A DNA stretch of 64,000 nt from Eledone cirrhosa (GCA_964016885.1 OZ024742.1:7564001-7628000), one strand, 5' to 3'; shown: positions 26,426-40,172, counted from the first letter of the stretch. Notes: generated by a model not told the origin, from the letters alone. A program made the numbers and translations.

Positions 26426-26942
26426 TCTAAAAACCGTCAATCATAATTGTCTACATATGTTGACTACAATATATATTGCTGAATGAATTTGTCTGTCCAT
26501 CCTTCTCTGCTAATGGCTTTGTAAGAACATCTGACTGATAAAATGACATGTCAGTCAATCATATTGGTGGCCTCCCCACAGCCCCGGTGGACAGAATGGA
26601 GAAGGCGTTTCCCCGGAGGACGGCAAGGGAGACGCGCTGGAAAAGCCACTTCAAATCGCGAGGCTCAAACCTGCGGCTGGCCAGCTCAGCGCCTAGGGTG
26701 GTGAGTAGGAAGGTAGGGCTAGGGCCGAGGACAACAGAAGTCTCCACTGCCAAGGGTACAACTACAAACCCGCCAGAGAGTGATCGGTATTTGAAGAAAT
26801 ATTGTTTAATACTTAATTATTTATTACACTTCATCAGAAAGCCTATAATTGTGGAATTCGACTATTCACTATGCGGTAGAATTCATATGTATATATGTAT
26901 GTGTGTGTGTTTGTGTGGTGTGTGTGCGAGAACGAGAGACTA

Positions 26943-27100
26943 GACGGCGAATTAACAGAGTCGTTAGAACATCAGATAGAATACTGTGTAGTATTTGTTC
27001 TGGCTCTCTCCTCACTCAGTTCAAATCCCACCGAGCTCAACTTTGCCTTTCATCGACTGAAGGTCGTTGAAAAAACTACCACCAAATACTGGGGTCGATT
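26943..27100 (+). mobile_element. Older tRNA-derived SINE
   Basis: AGAGTCGTTAGAAC, AGTTCAAATCCCACCGAG, TTTGCCTTTCATC, TACTGGGGTCGAT. Confidence 0.7.
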
Positions 27101-28132
27101 CTTCCTCTATATCTCTTTTTCACTTCCTTTCTCTCACGTTCCATCCTTCCCTGCAAGAAATGTGCTGTATTCAGATCCGCGGAGGAGATAAGGTCCCTCA
27201 GGGTTTTAAAATGCCCTAAGAAACGCCGTATGAGAATATGGCACTCCTACGATTCCATCAAGAATCACGGGACCATAAACATCTATTATTCATTCTTCCC
27301 TCCAAATTATAGCCAAAGATTTTTTTTTTTTTAAAGTCACATTCACTTAAATTGCTTTCCCATGTGTGTTTACCACTGTGTAGTGCGCCACATGGTAGAA
27401 ATGAAATACGTTAAACACCGAAACTACAGCAAGCCTAATAAAGTCTCTTAACTTTATTTTACATCTACAATTATCTTAAAGCGTTATTTTTTCCTTTTAA
27501 ATAATTAAAAAACATATTTCATAAGTGAAGAAAAATTAAACTAAACGAAACTTCTGTCTGAGAGGTGACAAGCACACGTCAATGGGTTATAATAAAACCA
27601 CTAAAAACAATTCTAATGTAAAAATATTTCCACTCAAAATGATAATATGAACAAAGTCTAAACATTATAAAATAGAAAAAGAAACAATAAAAAATCACAA
27701 TTTAATAATATTTGACAAAATATGTCTTAAGTAATAAACTGACACTCAGTCTCGAGTAATTACTACAAATATTAATATATGAAAATCATTTTACTGGATA
27801 GTTATGTCCAAATTTGTCTTGTTTGATAAAATGCTTTGAAATAATCATCGATATAATAATCTTGATATTCTATCGCCTCATTTTTTAATTCCTGAGTAAC
27901 AAATATTATTGGAGACTTCCTCAGCCGAAGAAAGTGAGTTCCAACTATTTATGATACGTTCCTCAAGTAACTGGTTTAACTCATATTTTTGAAACAACGT
28001 AGATGGTTTTTAATTCTCTCATCGGGGTCACAGAATGCAGTAAAAAAAGATGAAAAACATTAAATGGTAATTTTCCGGTTTTCTTTTTATCTTGTATTTA
28101 ACAAGGCATTAAAGATGAAATATATATTATTG

Positions 28133-28234
28133 TATAATTGTTTCTACTTTTGGCACAAGGCCAGCAATTATCCAGTACATTACTGGTACTTCATTTTATC
28201 GACCCCGTAAGGATGAAAGGCAAATTTAACCTCG
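28133..28234 (-). mobile_element. SINE 3' half
   Basis: Reverse complement of the core and tail of the 25951 family. Confidence 0.85.
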
Positions 28235-29162
28235 TATTAATGTATTAATGTCAGATATATACTTAATAAATATTAGATTATCTTAAAAAATAACTCCTGA
28301 GTCCCTTCTGTCGTCCAGAAGGGCACTGAAACCAACAGAGGATTGTGTCGCGTAAAAAGGGGGCAAACATTAGAAACGAAAGCAATGACAACTCAATTAT
28401 TTTTAGCCAAAACCCCGCCCCGATCTAAGCGCAGAATCTATCACCCTCTACCCTTCCCCGTTCTTCCGTTGTCTAATACTTCTCCTTCTGTCCCTTCTTT
28501 TCTTCTTATTTATGGTATTTATAGTCATTTCCTTTACTTTCCTTTACAGCTAGATCAGCCCTTCTTTACCCCTCCCCTCTTTTCTTTCATTACTGAATTT
28601 ATTGTTATCTTATTTTTATTTTACTCAATTATTGATAGTGAACATCAAACCAAATTTGATCGACAAATAATTTCATCAGCGAAAATTCTTAAATTTCCAT
28701 TTTAATTATTTTCTATTTGTTTTTCTTTCATATTTGTCATTCATGTTTATATATAAATTAGAACGGAATGTTTGAATCTCACGTTTTTTGAGCAACATCA
28801 AAAACTGAAATACATTAATATAAAACAAGAATAAGTAGAATAACCAGTGAGGATATCTATGTCATAATAAATTGGCTGAGTTGAGAGCGATAATGTTTGT
28901 CACATACCAATTCATTGTCAGAGATACTAAATACCGATTAGTGTATCTCGAAATAGTGGGAAGATACAAAGGTTTTGAAATATTTAGATAAGCAACAAGT
29001 GAAACACTCCTAAAATTATAGATCCCTGAAGGTTTTAATTTGGTTGTAAAAGGAAAAACGTCTTTACTAAATAGTATAGAGGTGGGTGGGTTAATAAAGT
29101 GTTATGAGAAGAAAATCATGTCAAATATCACATAATAATCCCATGTTCAGAATATATGACCG

Positions 29163-29282
29163 TCATTGTGACCACATTAACATTCTTGACAACTGCTCCC
29201 TACTGAGGTTTGTATCGTCTGAGAGTTGATTGATGAAGGCTTGAGCAGGTTTTCCTTTACTGTATCCCGTGAGTGGGTTCCT
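29163..29282 (-). pseudogene. C-terminal fragment of an RTE-type LINE ORF
   Basis: NPLTGYSKGKPAQAFINQLSDDTNL resembles the W.P..G....GRP..TY.DQL..DT end of RTE proteins. Confidence 0.45.
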
Positions 29283-29304
29283 ATAATAGATACATATATA
29301 GATA

Positions 29305-30260
29305 TCTTTCTTTATTTGCCACAGGGGCGTACAAAAATGGGACATTACAAGACGTGACGGCGGGGGTTTTACATAAAAATAACTTTAACATTAATAAATA
29401 ACAATAAACTATATGTAATAAAATAATAATTGAAATCCCCAATAGGGGGAACGTTACTGCAGGGTTGTTTTACACCCTGTGGATAGAACAACCCTCAACA
29501 CCAGGAACACATTTTGTAGGTGTTCCTGTCTTTCCTCTGTTTATTTTCCTCAACCTACAGGTTTATATACAGAGAAGGTCCATTCATTCGGGCCATTTTC
29601 GCCACATTCACCCACCTTTCAGCGAATTTACTGGTGTGAAGCTCCTCTCTCTCGACTCTCACCTTCCTTCTGGAGTGATACTTAAAGAAGGGGATAAGTT
29701 GTTGTCCGGAGAGAAAGGTGTTTGCTCTCAGTCCTTTTAACACCGTCCACCATATTACCTCTTTCGCCATAGCTACCAGACAGAGGAAAACCACCTTTCC
29801 TTCGTTCTTAAATGAAGGCGGCGGGGTGATCCTCACGATGAACTCGGCTGACAACTGGATGCGTCCCACACGTGACAGTAGCTGTTCGACATAATTCCAC
29901 AGGTCGGTCACCCCTGGGCACTGAACAATTGCGTGCAGAACGGTTTCGATGTCCTGCTCGTATCTTGGACAGGTCCTTTTGGCAGGATCTCTGCCAGGGC
30001 GTCCATGCCTGTAGATTTTGTCTCAAACTGGTATAGCTCCTCGGTAGCACTGCCAGGCCAGAGACCTCTGGAAGTTATCCATAGGCCCAGGACGGAAAGT
30101 TCTCCCGAACAGACTGGTCAGTTCGTCCTCCTCGATGCCTAGAGTTTCCCCGAGAACGTCGTCGCACTTATCCTTCACTAATCTTCTATAGAATGTCGAA
30201 GTGGAGTCTCCGCTGACTGCCGTTTCCGCTTGGTAGAGGGCTGTGAGCGTCTGTAGGAAC
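29305..30260 (-). mobile_element. 5'-truncated Tx1/L1-clade LINE
   Basis: DLWNYVEQLLSRVGRIQLSAE...FLCLVAMAKEVIWW...ERWVNVAKMA homologous to the ORF2 C-termini at 55 and 61 kb. Confidence 0.88.
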
Positions 30261-30409
30261 TCGAGATAGATGAATGTATAGATAGATAGCTAGATAGATA
30301 AATATATTGATAGCTAGATAGATAGATAAAAATATAGATAGCTAGATAGATAATCGTCAACATCATTGCGGCCACGGTCGAACATTCCTGATAAGGTCTC
30401 TTCACAATT

Positions 30410-30546
30410 CACTTTTTTATCGATCTGGAATGGATGAAAGGCAAAGTTGAGCTCGTCGGGATTTGAACTCAGGGCCTATATAGCCGAAACGAATAATGCA
30501 AAGCACTCTATGCACCGTTCTGACGAATCTGTTAATCCGCCGCCTT
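30410..30546 (-). mobile_element. tRNA-derived SINE
   Basis: GGATGAAAGGCAAAGTTGAGCTCGTCGGGATTTGAACTC is the reverse of B-box + core. Confidence 0.75.
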
Positions 30547-31328
30547 CTGCTTCAATATATATTCAGCTAAATATATAATTATATCTCTACCTACCAGATC
30601 TATCTATATATCAATCGATCTAAAGGACCTCTGATCCATGATCAAAGTAATGATTTACACTGCTCACATCAATTGCAGTTATTGTTTTATTTTCAAACCT
30701 ACGCACGCCAAAATAAATGCATGAAATAGAAATTTACCCTTAGCTGGAAAAAGAAGAGGAAACTATAGCGTCAGTTCTTTAGAATTTTCTCAAACTATGT
30801 AAATTAACATAGACAGATTAATTCTTAATTACTCTGAATTATTTCTCATTGTCAATTACGGTAGGATTTTTGTTTTCTGTCTCCAACTACGAGGAAAATT
30901 TCAATTAATTTAGAATTGTTTTCATATAACATTCGGTACATCACAGTTTAACTTATTTATCTAACTACATGAAATCTTGTCAGATATTTTTTTATTTAGT
31001 TTATGTTTTTTTTTTTCACCACAAACTTCCCAAATGTGCCAGCAGTTGAATCAATGAGAGTTTGTACGTACAGACACACACACACACACACACACACATG
31101 TATGTATATATATATATAGAGAGAGAGAGAACACCACACACTACACACACACACACATGTATGTATATATATATATAGAGAGAGAGAGAACACCACACAC
31201 TATACACACACACACATGTATGTATATATATATATATATAGTGAAACATTGAACGGGAACAAAACAGAGAGGCAGCACGAACAAAGGTTTATTAGTTTCA
31301 CGCTCTTGAGAGTGGGTGGTGGTGGGGA

Positions 31329-31361
31329 ACGACGTTTCGGGCATAAGCCCTTCTTCAGACG
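31329..31361 (-). ncRNA. Minimal PLE-type HHR
   Basis: CTGAAGA-A-GGGC ttat GCCC-GAAA-CG-TC; stem I poorly paired. Confidence 0.7.
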
Positions 31362-32844
31362 AAAAGTGTGTGGGAAGAGAGTTCCAAGGGTGTGTAGGGG
31401 AATGGGGGAGAAAAATTTAGAAAAAAGGGGGTGAGAGGAAACGGTACAAATGAAAATAAATATAAAAGCATAATAAAAATAAAAATAAACATGAAGTTAA
31501 ACAAGTGGTGGAAGGGTGTGAGGCGTGTAGGGGTGGTGGCGGGTGGAGTGGGGAGAGGGAGGCGGGGTGTCCGAGCGGGGGGGGGACTGAAGGTGGTGCG
31601 TGTGTGTAGGTGTACGTGTGTGTGTGTGTGTATGTGAATGTGAGAGTTGGGGGAAGAACGGGGTTGCATGTTCAGGAAAAGGTGTGTGTGGGGTGGGGTG
31701 TAAGTCGGTGTGTGTGTGCGTGTGTGGATGGGGGGGTCAGAGGGGTGGGGGAGGTGAGGAGAGGATTCCGGAGGCTGAGTGTGTAAATATGTGGTGGTAC
31801 GCACGTGTGTGTGGTGTTTATACTTATTGTGGTTGTAGGTGGCGTGTGGGAAAACATTTTTTTTTTAGTGTATGTCCGTGGGTGAGTTCCTAAGGTAGTT
31901 CCGTAGAGGATGTGGTGGGGTGCCAGGTAATTTCCTTGTGATGGAGTTGATTCGTGGGAGCGATGTCCAATGTGTGTAATCCGTGGCTGGGTTGGTCGCA
32001 AGAGAGGAGATGTGGGGTGCGCGCGCAGCGACAGGAAGTGGTCAGAGGGTCAAGGCAGGAGGAGGGTTGTGTGTCTGTGTGTGCGGAGAGGTGGTCAGAG
32101 ATTCAGGGCATAGCAGCAGTCGGGGAGAATGGTAGGTGGAGAAAGTCGGTGTGTCAGTGTGTGCGGAGGTGCCATGGACAGGGGAGAGGATAGGTAGGTG
32201 TGAAAGGTGGGGTGGGGAGGGTGTGTGTATTAGTAGAGGTGTTAGTGGGATGTGTGTGTGTGTGTGAGAAGGGGTGTGGGTGGAGCGGGGGAGGAAGGGG
32301 GAGAGAAAGGTGTGGGGCCGATGGAGGGAGTGTAGTGTACTGGTGCGTGTGCGTGTTTGGATGAGTGTGTGTATGGTGAAGGGCGTGTTAGTGGATGTTA
32401 GTATACTGGTAGGGAAAGGGTTGAATGCGGGTGTTAGTGGGGGTTAGTGGTGGTAGGGTGTGTAGAGTGGGTGGCGTAAGTGGGTGTGTGTGTTCGTGTG
32501 CGTGGGGTCGGGAGTGTTAGTAGTATTAGTTGTGGGGTGGTGGGAGTGGATGTGTGGGTGAGGGTTAGTGGTGGTAGTAGGGTGTGTGGTTAGTGTGAGT
32601 GCGTGTATATATGTACCGGTGGGTGTGTGCGTGATAAGGGGAGGGGGTGGGAGAAGAAAGGATGTTAGTGTTGTTAGTTGGGGAAGGGTGGTCGGATGTG
32701 TGGTGGGGGTGTTAGTATTGTTAGTTGTGGGGTGGGTGGTGAAAAGGAGGGGTGTGTTAGTGGTGTTAGCGGGGGATATGTGTGTGTGTTTGGGGGGGGG
32801 GGATAACAGGGCGGTCGAAGGCTAAAGGAATAGAGGTGGGGAGT

Positions 32845-34460
32845 TCAGGCCGGGGGAGTGTGGGTCTGTAGGGTGAAGATGGTGCGTTGTTCGACCATGA
32901 GAAGGGTGGCGGGTGTTCCGTGGCATTGGAGTAGGCCACAGACTGTGAGGTGGTGCGCGGAATGTCCAGGGGTACCAAAGTGGCGGGCGATGGGGTAACT
33001 ACCACCGAGACGAATATCTCCTGAGGTGTTCGGTAAAACGGTCCGCCAGGCGACGTCCAGTCTGTCCGACGTAGGTTGCGCTGCACTCCGTGCAGGGAAG
33101 TCCATAGACTAGGTTGGAGGAGGTGCAGCGGAAGGCATGCCGAACAGAGAGAGAGTGGCCGTTGGGACCCTGGAAGGTGGTGGTGTTGGTGATGTGGGGA
33201 CAGGTGTTGCAACGAGGCCTGGAACAGGGAAGGGAACTGGGGGCGGGGGAGGGGGCGGAGATGGCGTGCTCGTTTGAAGGAGGGGGTGGTGGGGTAGGGA
33301 AGATGTGGGAGGTGGAGGGATCGGACTGGAGGCGGAGGATGGTGTGGTGGAGGGGTAGGGTGGAGGGTGATAGGTGATGGGGAAGGGGAGACAGGGGGTG
33401 GGTGTAAGGTGGCGTGGGGTGAGGGTGGTGGAGCGGTGGACAGCACGGGCGCGAGTGAGAGCGGTGTGGACGAGAGAGGGGGGTAACCTCTGCGGATGAA
33501 ATGGCTGACTAGGGAAAGGGCCTAGGACTCAAAGTCAGCATCTCGACTACAAAGGCGGCGAATCCTGAGGAGTTGGAAGTAGGGAATGGAGAGTTTAGTG
33601 TGTGTAGGGTGGGAAGAGGTGAATTCCAGGTAGGAGTTGGGGTCGGTGGGTTTGAAGAAGGCGGAGGTGACGAGGGAGTGGTGGGAGGGGTCGAAGGCGA
33701 CGGAGATGTCTAAGAAGTGGACGTGGGTGGTGGAGATAGAGGTGGTGAAGTGGAGGGCGGAGTGGAAGGAGCAGAAGAAGGAGAGAAAGGAGTCGAGCTG
33801 TTCTCGGGTGAGGGTCGTGGCTCCGATACAGTCGTCGATGTAACGACCGTACAGTTCGGGCGCGGGGCCGGTGTACTGGGCAAAGATTTGGGCCTCAACA
33901 TGGCCAACAAAAAGGTTGGCATAGTTTGGGCCCATTCTTGTGCTCATGGCTACCCCCGTGACCTGTTGGTAAAACTCACCCGAGAAGGAGAAACAGTTAA
34001 GGGTGAGGACCAGCTCGGCGAGGCGAAGAAGGGTGGGGTGGAGGGGATGGAGGAGGGGGAGGGGCGAAGGTCGAGGTAGTGCTTGAGGGCACGTAGGCCG
34101 TCGGCGTGGGGGATGACTGTATAGAGCGACTTGATATCTAGGGTGAAGAGGAAGAGATGTGGGCCGGGTGGGAAGGCGAAGGAGTCGAATAGGGGAAAGG
34201 CGTGGTTGGTGTCGGAGATGTGGGAGGGGAAGGTGGTGACGAGGGGGGCGAGGATGGAGTCAAGAAAGGCGGAGATGAGTTCGGTGGGGCAGTTGCAAGC
34301 GGAGACGATGGGGCGGCCGGGGTTGTCGGGTTTGGGGAGTTTGGGGAGGAAGTAGATAGTGTGTGCGGGGGGTGCGGACGATGAGGTTCGGAAGCGGTGG
34401 AGGGGGGGGGGGGGAGACAAGGTGTTGGATGGTGGAGGAAACTTGTTGTTGGTAGAGGGG
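32845..34460 (-). pseudogene. Frameshifted PLE RT + GIY-YIG
   Basis: IYFLPKLPKPDNPGRPIVS, LDIKSLYTVIP, MGPNYANLF, YGRYIDD, FLDI, KPTD; LVYGLPCTECSATYVGQTGRRLADRFTEH read from ~33112. Confidence 0.9.
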
Positions 34461-34466
34461 TGTGGG

Positions 34467-34507
<41 letters not shown>

Positions 34508-34596
34508 ATAAGGAAAAGCGAAGTAGTTTCAGATGTTCAAGTCTTTTAATAATAATTGTTTCTACTTTTGGCACATAATGCTGTGATATATATTTC

Positions 34597-34653
34597 AATG
34601 GCGACAGTAGTCACACTGTTCTGTGCGCCAGAGTGGCGACATCGTCAGACATC
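34597..34653 (-). ncRNA. Degenerate type I HHR (one core A missing)
   Basis: CTGACGA-TGTCGCCA ctc TGGCGCACA-GAA-CAGT gtgact ACTG-TC. Confidence 0.55.
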
Positions 34654-35974
34654 TTATTACATAATAAGGTTATGTTTCCGAGGCAATCCAAATTGAATCG
34701 ACATGGGAACGGACGAAGAGTGTGCTTTTGGGTTCTTCATCCAGTCCCCTGTGAGTACCATTCACCTCCACCGGTCTGCGCAGGCGCAGTTGCGAAGGAA
34801 GTTGACCATTAGCTACCGCAGATTTCAACGAAATTCGCTTAGTCAGTTCCCCCTTTCAGCCAAACAATGACACATTAAGGCCTGTAATATAGGTTACTGC
34901 TATCTACCCCGTTTGTGACAGTCATTCGAAAGTCAGTGTGTGTGGGAGAGTGTGAGTATCTATAGGTACCTATACTACCTCTCATTAAGCATGGACAGTA
35001 TAGTTGACCATCAACCTCTAAGAGAAAATATACTTAATTCTAGGTATCATGGTTTCACAGTGGAAGTTATGAATGAGAGTTGGAAATTAGAACTAAAAAT
35101 TAAAATTTAAAATCGAAAATCAGAAATCAAATATTAAAAATTAGAAATTAAAAATTAACAATTAAAAATTAAAAATTTTTCAAGTGAGAATGTGGATTGA
35201 GGTGAGTAAAAAAAATATAGATGGAAGTGAGTAAATAATATGCAGAGAGATGTTTAAGTAAGAAGTTTTGAAAGGGGTATTAATGTTACATGTATATTAT
35301 CTACATACTGAACGATAGTACCGTACAGTAGAACGGGGGGTAACTTACAGTATGAAAGGTAGGAGTTAGTCGGGTACATAGTTAGAATTTCCATCACATG
35401 GAACAAAACCCCCAAAAAACCATATAAAGTACATGAAAGAAAAAAACTAATAAATGAATAAATGCAAAAACACATTGACATATATGCAAAATGAGATAGA
35501 TGATCAATATGATTGTCAATTTGTCCATGTATAGATTGAATTGAGGGGGCTTCTGTTCAAATGCGATTTGGTGCAGGAAAATGGGGTTTATCTTTGTTTT
35601 TGTTTCCGCGTATTTATCCTGCCGAAAGTTATTATTATGTCCGTCCAGTATCAGGGGTTTCCATCCCCATGGTAGAGAGAATTTCCGGGTGTAGCTCGTG
35701 GCTGAATTGAATTGAATTGCATCAATGTTTACCCCAAGAATTTAGCTCCAATTAGTTGAGCGCTCTATGATGTAACCAATATGAACATCTATTTTATTAA
35801 TATTTGTATTTTAATATTAATAAATCTGGAAAATTATTTTCCCATAGAGTGCTCCCAATCTACTGTAAAACTCATTCTTTGATATACTCATTGAATCTTG
35901 TTTAACTCTTTAATATATACTGCTCCCAACTGGTAGAGCGCTTTTCTATACAATAGATTGTATATTCAATAAAT

Positions 35975-38133
35975 ATGGATCTCTTAAACTTCCCGACTTC
36001 CCTCAAAGATATACCCATACCTTCAAATGAAGAATACACGAGGAAAACTATCGAACAGACAAACTCTTTTATTAGAAGATTGAGATGGAGAGCTTTTCAT
36101 TTCGAAAATAAAGATACTGAAAGGAAAACCAACAACAATCATTTTGAATCTTTATTTAAATCAAGAAAGAATCCTCCATACAACAAACTTCTGGAGGTTT
36201 TTGAAACAGAAATGCTCGGTATAATCAAAAAAATTAAATTTAGGAAAAACCCATATATAGGTCACCAATACCTCAGAACTCTAAAAGAAAAAAATCACGA
36301 AAAGAAAAAATGTTAACAAAGTATTGGTTAAATCTGACAAAACTAATAATTTATATGGGATAAACAAAGACGAATATAACAACTTGATTTTAAAAGAACT
36401 TAGGGAAAATTACAAAAAAAGCCCCGGCTGATGATCTTACTGAAATTAATGAAGAAGCTTACACATTAATTACCAATTTAGGAATAGAAGGAAGACCCGA
36501 GCCATTCTTACCTAGACAGCCCAGGATTAACTTGAAGGATCACAAAAGAAACTTTGAGGAAGAGATGCCAGTTAGACTGATTACTCCATCGAAATCGGAT
36601 ATTGGAGTAATCAGTAAAAACATCACAGATAGAATATTACCCACTCTTAAATTGAGATCTAATTTGAGCTTATGGGAAGATACAAACGAGGTCATTGAAT
36701 GGTACACGAATATAGAATATAAGAAAAACCATAAATTCATCCAGATGGACATTACTAGATACTATTCTTCTATAACACCAAACCTTCTAAATAAGGCTCT
36801 TTCATATGCTTATAAGCATACTGACATAACCACGGATGAAATAGATATAATACTAACAGCCAGAAGAACTCTTATTAACTTCAACAACGAATATTGGACC
36901 CGCTCAGATAGAGATAGAAACTTTGATATCACTATGGGGGCATCCGATTCCGCGCAAATCACAGATCTTCTGGGAATTTTCGTATTAAATATGATAAATA
37001 GAAAACTGCCGGAGATTACCGGTGGTTTATATAGGGACGACATTTTATTTACCGTGGTCAAACACAACAATATAGAACTAAAAAGAGTAAAGAAAAGTAT
37101 AATAGAATTCTTTAAAATGTACGACCTTAAGTTAGAAGTAGAAAATGGTACCAAAATAGTTAATTTCCTAGACGTTACCTTTAACTTAAACACTGGCTTC
37201 TATTACCCTTTTCATAAGCCCAATGAAAACTTAAACTATGTTAGTAACCATTCCAATCACCCTAAATCTGTAAAAAAAAGCTATAGTAAATAGTGTGCAA
37301 AAACAAATCAATAAAATATCAGCCAATAAAGCTATATTCGATGAAAACGCTGAATACCACAACAACGCGTTAAAAAGAGCAGGATATATAAATAATATAG
37401 AATATGTAGATAATAATAATCCAAGTATTAATCTTAATAAAAATAATAACATATAGAAGAAAAACTCTAATAATTATAATTCAAACACCCATACGCCAAA
37501 TAAATCTAGGATAAGAACTAGAACTAAATCAGTCATATGGTTCGCCCCCCTTCGGTCGCAGTTAAAACACCAATTGCAAAATTATTCTTAACAGACATAC
37601 CATTAAATTCTCATATTCTACAACTATGAACATGGCCCAAAACATTGCCAAATTAAAGACTAAAATCCTAAAACAAAACCACCATAAGATCTTAATAATA
37701 GAGTTAACATAAATGATACTAAACCAAAATGTAATTGTAAAAATAAAACAGATTGCCCTTTGCAAAATAATTGTCTAGATAGTAACTTGGTTTATAAATG
37801 CACCGTAAAAACTGATCACAACACATACAACTACATAGGACCGACTTCGTCTACATTTAAAGCCACATTTGCGAACCATAAATGCTCTTTCTCGAACTCC
37901 AAGAGGAAATCATCCACGTCTTTATCACAGCTCATATGGTCATTGAAAATGAAGAATTAAAAATACTCCATTCTTTGGACTAAACTTCGGAACTGTGGAG
38001 TTTACCGCAACCTCAGTATATCAAATAACTGCGCGCTCTGTACAATGGATACCCTGTTGATTATTAATAACTATGAGACCCTAATTACCAAAAAAAGTGA
38101 ATTATTCTCTAGTTGCCTCCGTTCACATTCTTA
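35975..38133 (+). pseudogene. Naiad-like PLE, full-length ORF broken by frameshifts and stops
   Basis: NFPTSLKDIPIPS..RRLRWRAF; KSDKT; VRLITPSKSDIG; FDITMGASD; GLYRDD; CNC..CPL..C; LVYKC..YIG; C.LC tail. Confidence 0.88.
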
Positions 38134-38346
38134 GCCTCCCACAATACGAGAAAAAGAGAGAGAGAGAAGCACTTAAACATTAAAAACTTGGTTGTCAGAC
38201 GTATATAATCAACAGGGAAAAACATTAATGGCCTTTAATATTGCATATAACTATCTATAGAAGAAATAACGCTCGAACGAAAGACACTTGTTCAATAACA
38301 TGCCGGAACATTGATATACATAATATAATATTACTATTTATATGTA

Positions 38347-38543
38347 GGGCGGTGGATTGGCAGTATCGGTAGCGGGTCGGACGCCATGCTTTCCAGCATA
38401 GTTACGTCCCTTTACGATCTGAGTTCAAATCCCGCCGAGGTTGACTTTGCCTTTCATCCTTACGGGGTCGATAAAATAAAGTACCAGTAATGCACTGGGT
38501 AAATGCATATGCTGGCCTTGTGCCTAAAGTAGACACAATTATT
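38347..38543 (+). mobile_element. tRNA-derived SINE (full length)
   Basis: Near-identical to 25951-26140. Confidence 0.9.
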
Positions 38544-38552
38544 TATAAGTTT

Positions 38553-39286
38553 GTATACGTACATACATATATGTATGCAGACGTTCACTAGTATATATAT
38601 ATACATACATGCACACATATATATATGTACGTATGGATTCACCGAACATTTATTATAATGCTCCGTGTGTTTGTAAACAAACATCCGGAATTAAGCCGTA
38701 GAGTGTCTAGCAACCATCGTTGCTCATTTGTTCAACACTGACAAAGGAACGCTGTACTAGTTTCAAGCTTATTAGCTATCGCAGCAACGTATACCTTCCT
38801 GCCAGATGATTGAACGTCTGAAAGTATATACTTTCCTTATGCATATTAACGGCTGAGCAGCCTAATTTGCTTATCGAGTGAGTTAATCCGCCGGGGTACC
38901 GAAAACGATAAACGGAAAAAATGAAACGAAATTTCATTTCTCACTCTTAGTATGGCTCATCTGGCAGGAAGGTTTACGTTGCTGACGATAGCTAATAAGC
39001 TTGAAACTACTACAGCGTTCCTTTGTCAGTGTTGAACAAATGAGCAACGATGGTTGCTAAACACTGTACGGCTTAATTCGGGATGTTTGTTTACAAACAC
39101 ACCGAGCAATATAATAAATGTTCGGTGAATCCATACGTACATATATATGTGTGCATGTATGTATACATATATATACATACTACTGTACGTCTGTATACAT
39201 ATATGTATGTACGTATACATACTTATATTTATGTAACAGCCGTACTAAGAGTGAGAAATGAAATTTCGTTTCATTTTTTCCGTTTA
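38553..39286. mobile_element. Retrozyme-like family A, diverged subfamily, two inverted monomers (38553-38957 -, 38958-39286 +)
   Basis: Homologous to 14402-15775; HHRs at 38749-38790(-, core A deleted) and 38976-39018(+, CTGACGA...GAAA-CTAC-TA). Confidence 0.8.
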
Positions 39287-39440
39287 ATATTATTATTATT
39301 AACTTTGATCCATACCATTATTTCTTTATTTCTCTATCTTTTATCTTTCTATCTAAGTTTTAAATTTTAGTTTAATATCCAACCCATACATTTTTATGGA
39401 ACTTATTTCTAACTGAATCTTTCATGTGTTTTTTTATTAT

Positions 39441-40050
39441 TATTTATTTCGAACTATGAATAATTAATGCATTTACACCCTGTTATATATAGGTATTTAT
39501 TTAACTTTAGCATGCCTCAATCTATTATATTTTTTTTCGTTATCATTTACCTAAAATATACTGGCTCATTAATAAATATATATATACACAATAGTTATTT
39601 AAATATTTCTAACAATAAGTACTTTATAAGATTTACATACCATATATGTTGACAATGATTAACTTCGGTAAAGTTTACATTTAGGAAAATATTCAACAGT
39701 GTAAACTTTCCTTGTTTTTCTTATATATATGTATGTATTTAACTATAATACGTTCGAACTTTATTATATAAAATTATAACCGTTATCATTTACCTAAAGT
39801 ATACTGTATCAATAATACCTAATTTATATCCATAATACCTAATTTATATCCATATAAACCTCCATGTATCTTTCTATACATAAGTTTTAGTTAACTTCTA
39901 AATTTATTGAGGATCATTTATTTCGAACTATGAATAATCAATGCATTTACACCGTTATATATAGGTATATATTTAACTTTAGCATGCCTCAATCTATTAT
40001 TTTTTTTTTTTCGTTATCATTTACCTAAAATATACTGGCTCATTAATATA
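39441..40050. repeat. AT-rich direct repeat (39441-39580 / 39917-40050)
   Basis: ATTTATTTCGAACTATGAATAA...ATATACTGGCTCATTAATA duplicated ~475 nt apart. Confidence 0.8.
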
Positions 40051-40107
40051 TATATATATATATATACGATATTAAATAAATGGAAACTATATTTATAAAA
40101 CCATATT

Positions 40108-40172
40108 TATTTCATTATACATATTTCAGGGATACCAAATTAAAATATGGCATACCTTCGTCAGATAAAATA
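40108..40172 (-). ncRNA. Type I hammerhead ribozyme
   Basis: TATTTTAT-CTGACGA-AGGtATGCCA...TGGTATcCCT-GAAA-TATGTA-TA-ATGAAATA. Confidence 0.8.

Larger units (their letters stand above)
31241..34467 (-). mobile_element. 5'-truncated PLE-3 with long C/A-rich 3' UTR, (TA)n both ends
   Basis: RT/GIY-YIG remnants, minimal HHR near the 3' end, (TA)n at ~31225 and ~34468. Confidence 0.85.

Noticed and set aside
28290-28345. Hairpin CCCTTCTG/CAGAAGGG followed by GAAA
   Set aside because: Upstream CTCCTGA does not fit the core and stems I and III are unconvincing
16650-28900. Host exons in the less repetitive middle region
   Set aside because: No ORF with recognisable protein features; short exons cannot be excluded without RNA-seq
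39645-39700. TTGACAA...GAAA-ATAT-TC inside the 475-nt repeat
   Set aside because: Stems I and II do not pair credibly
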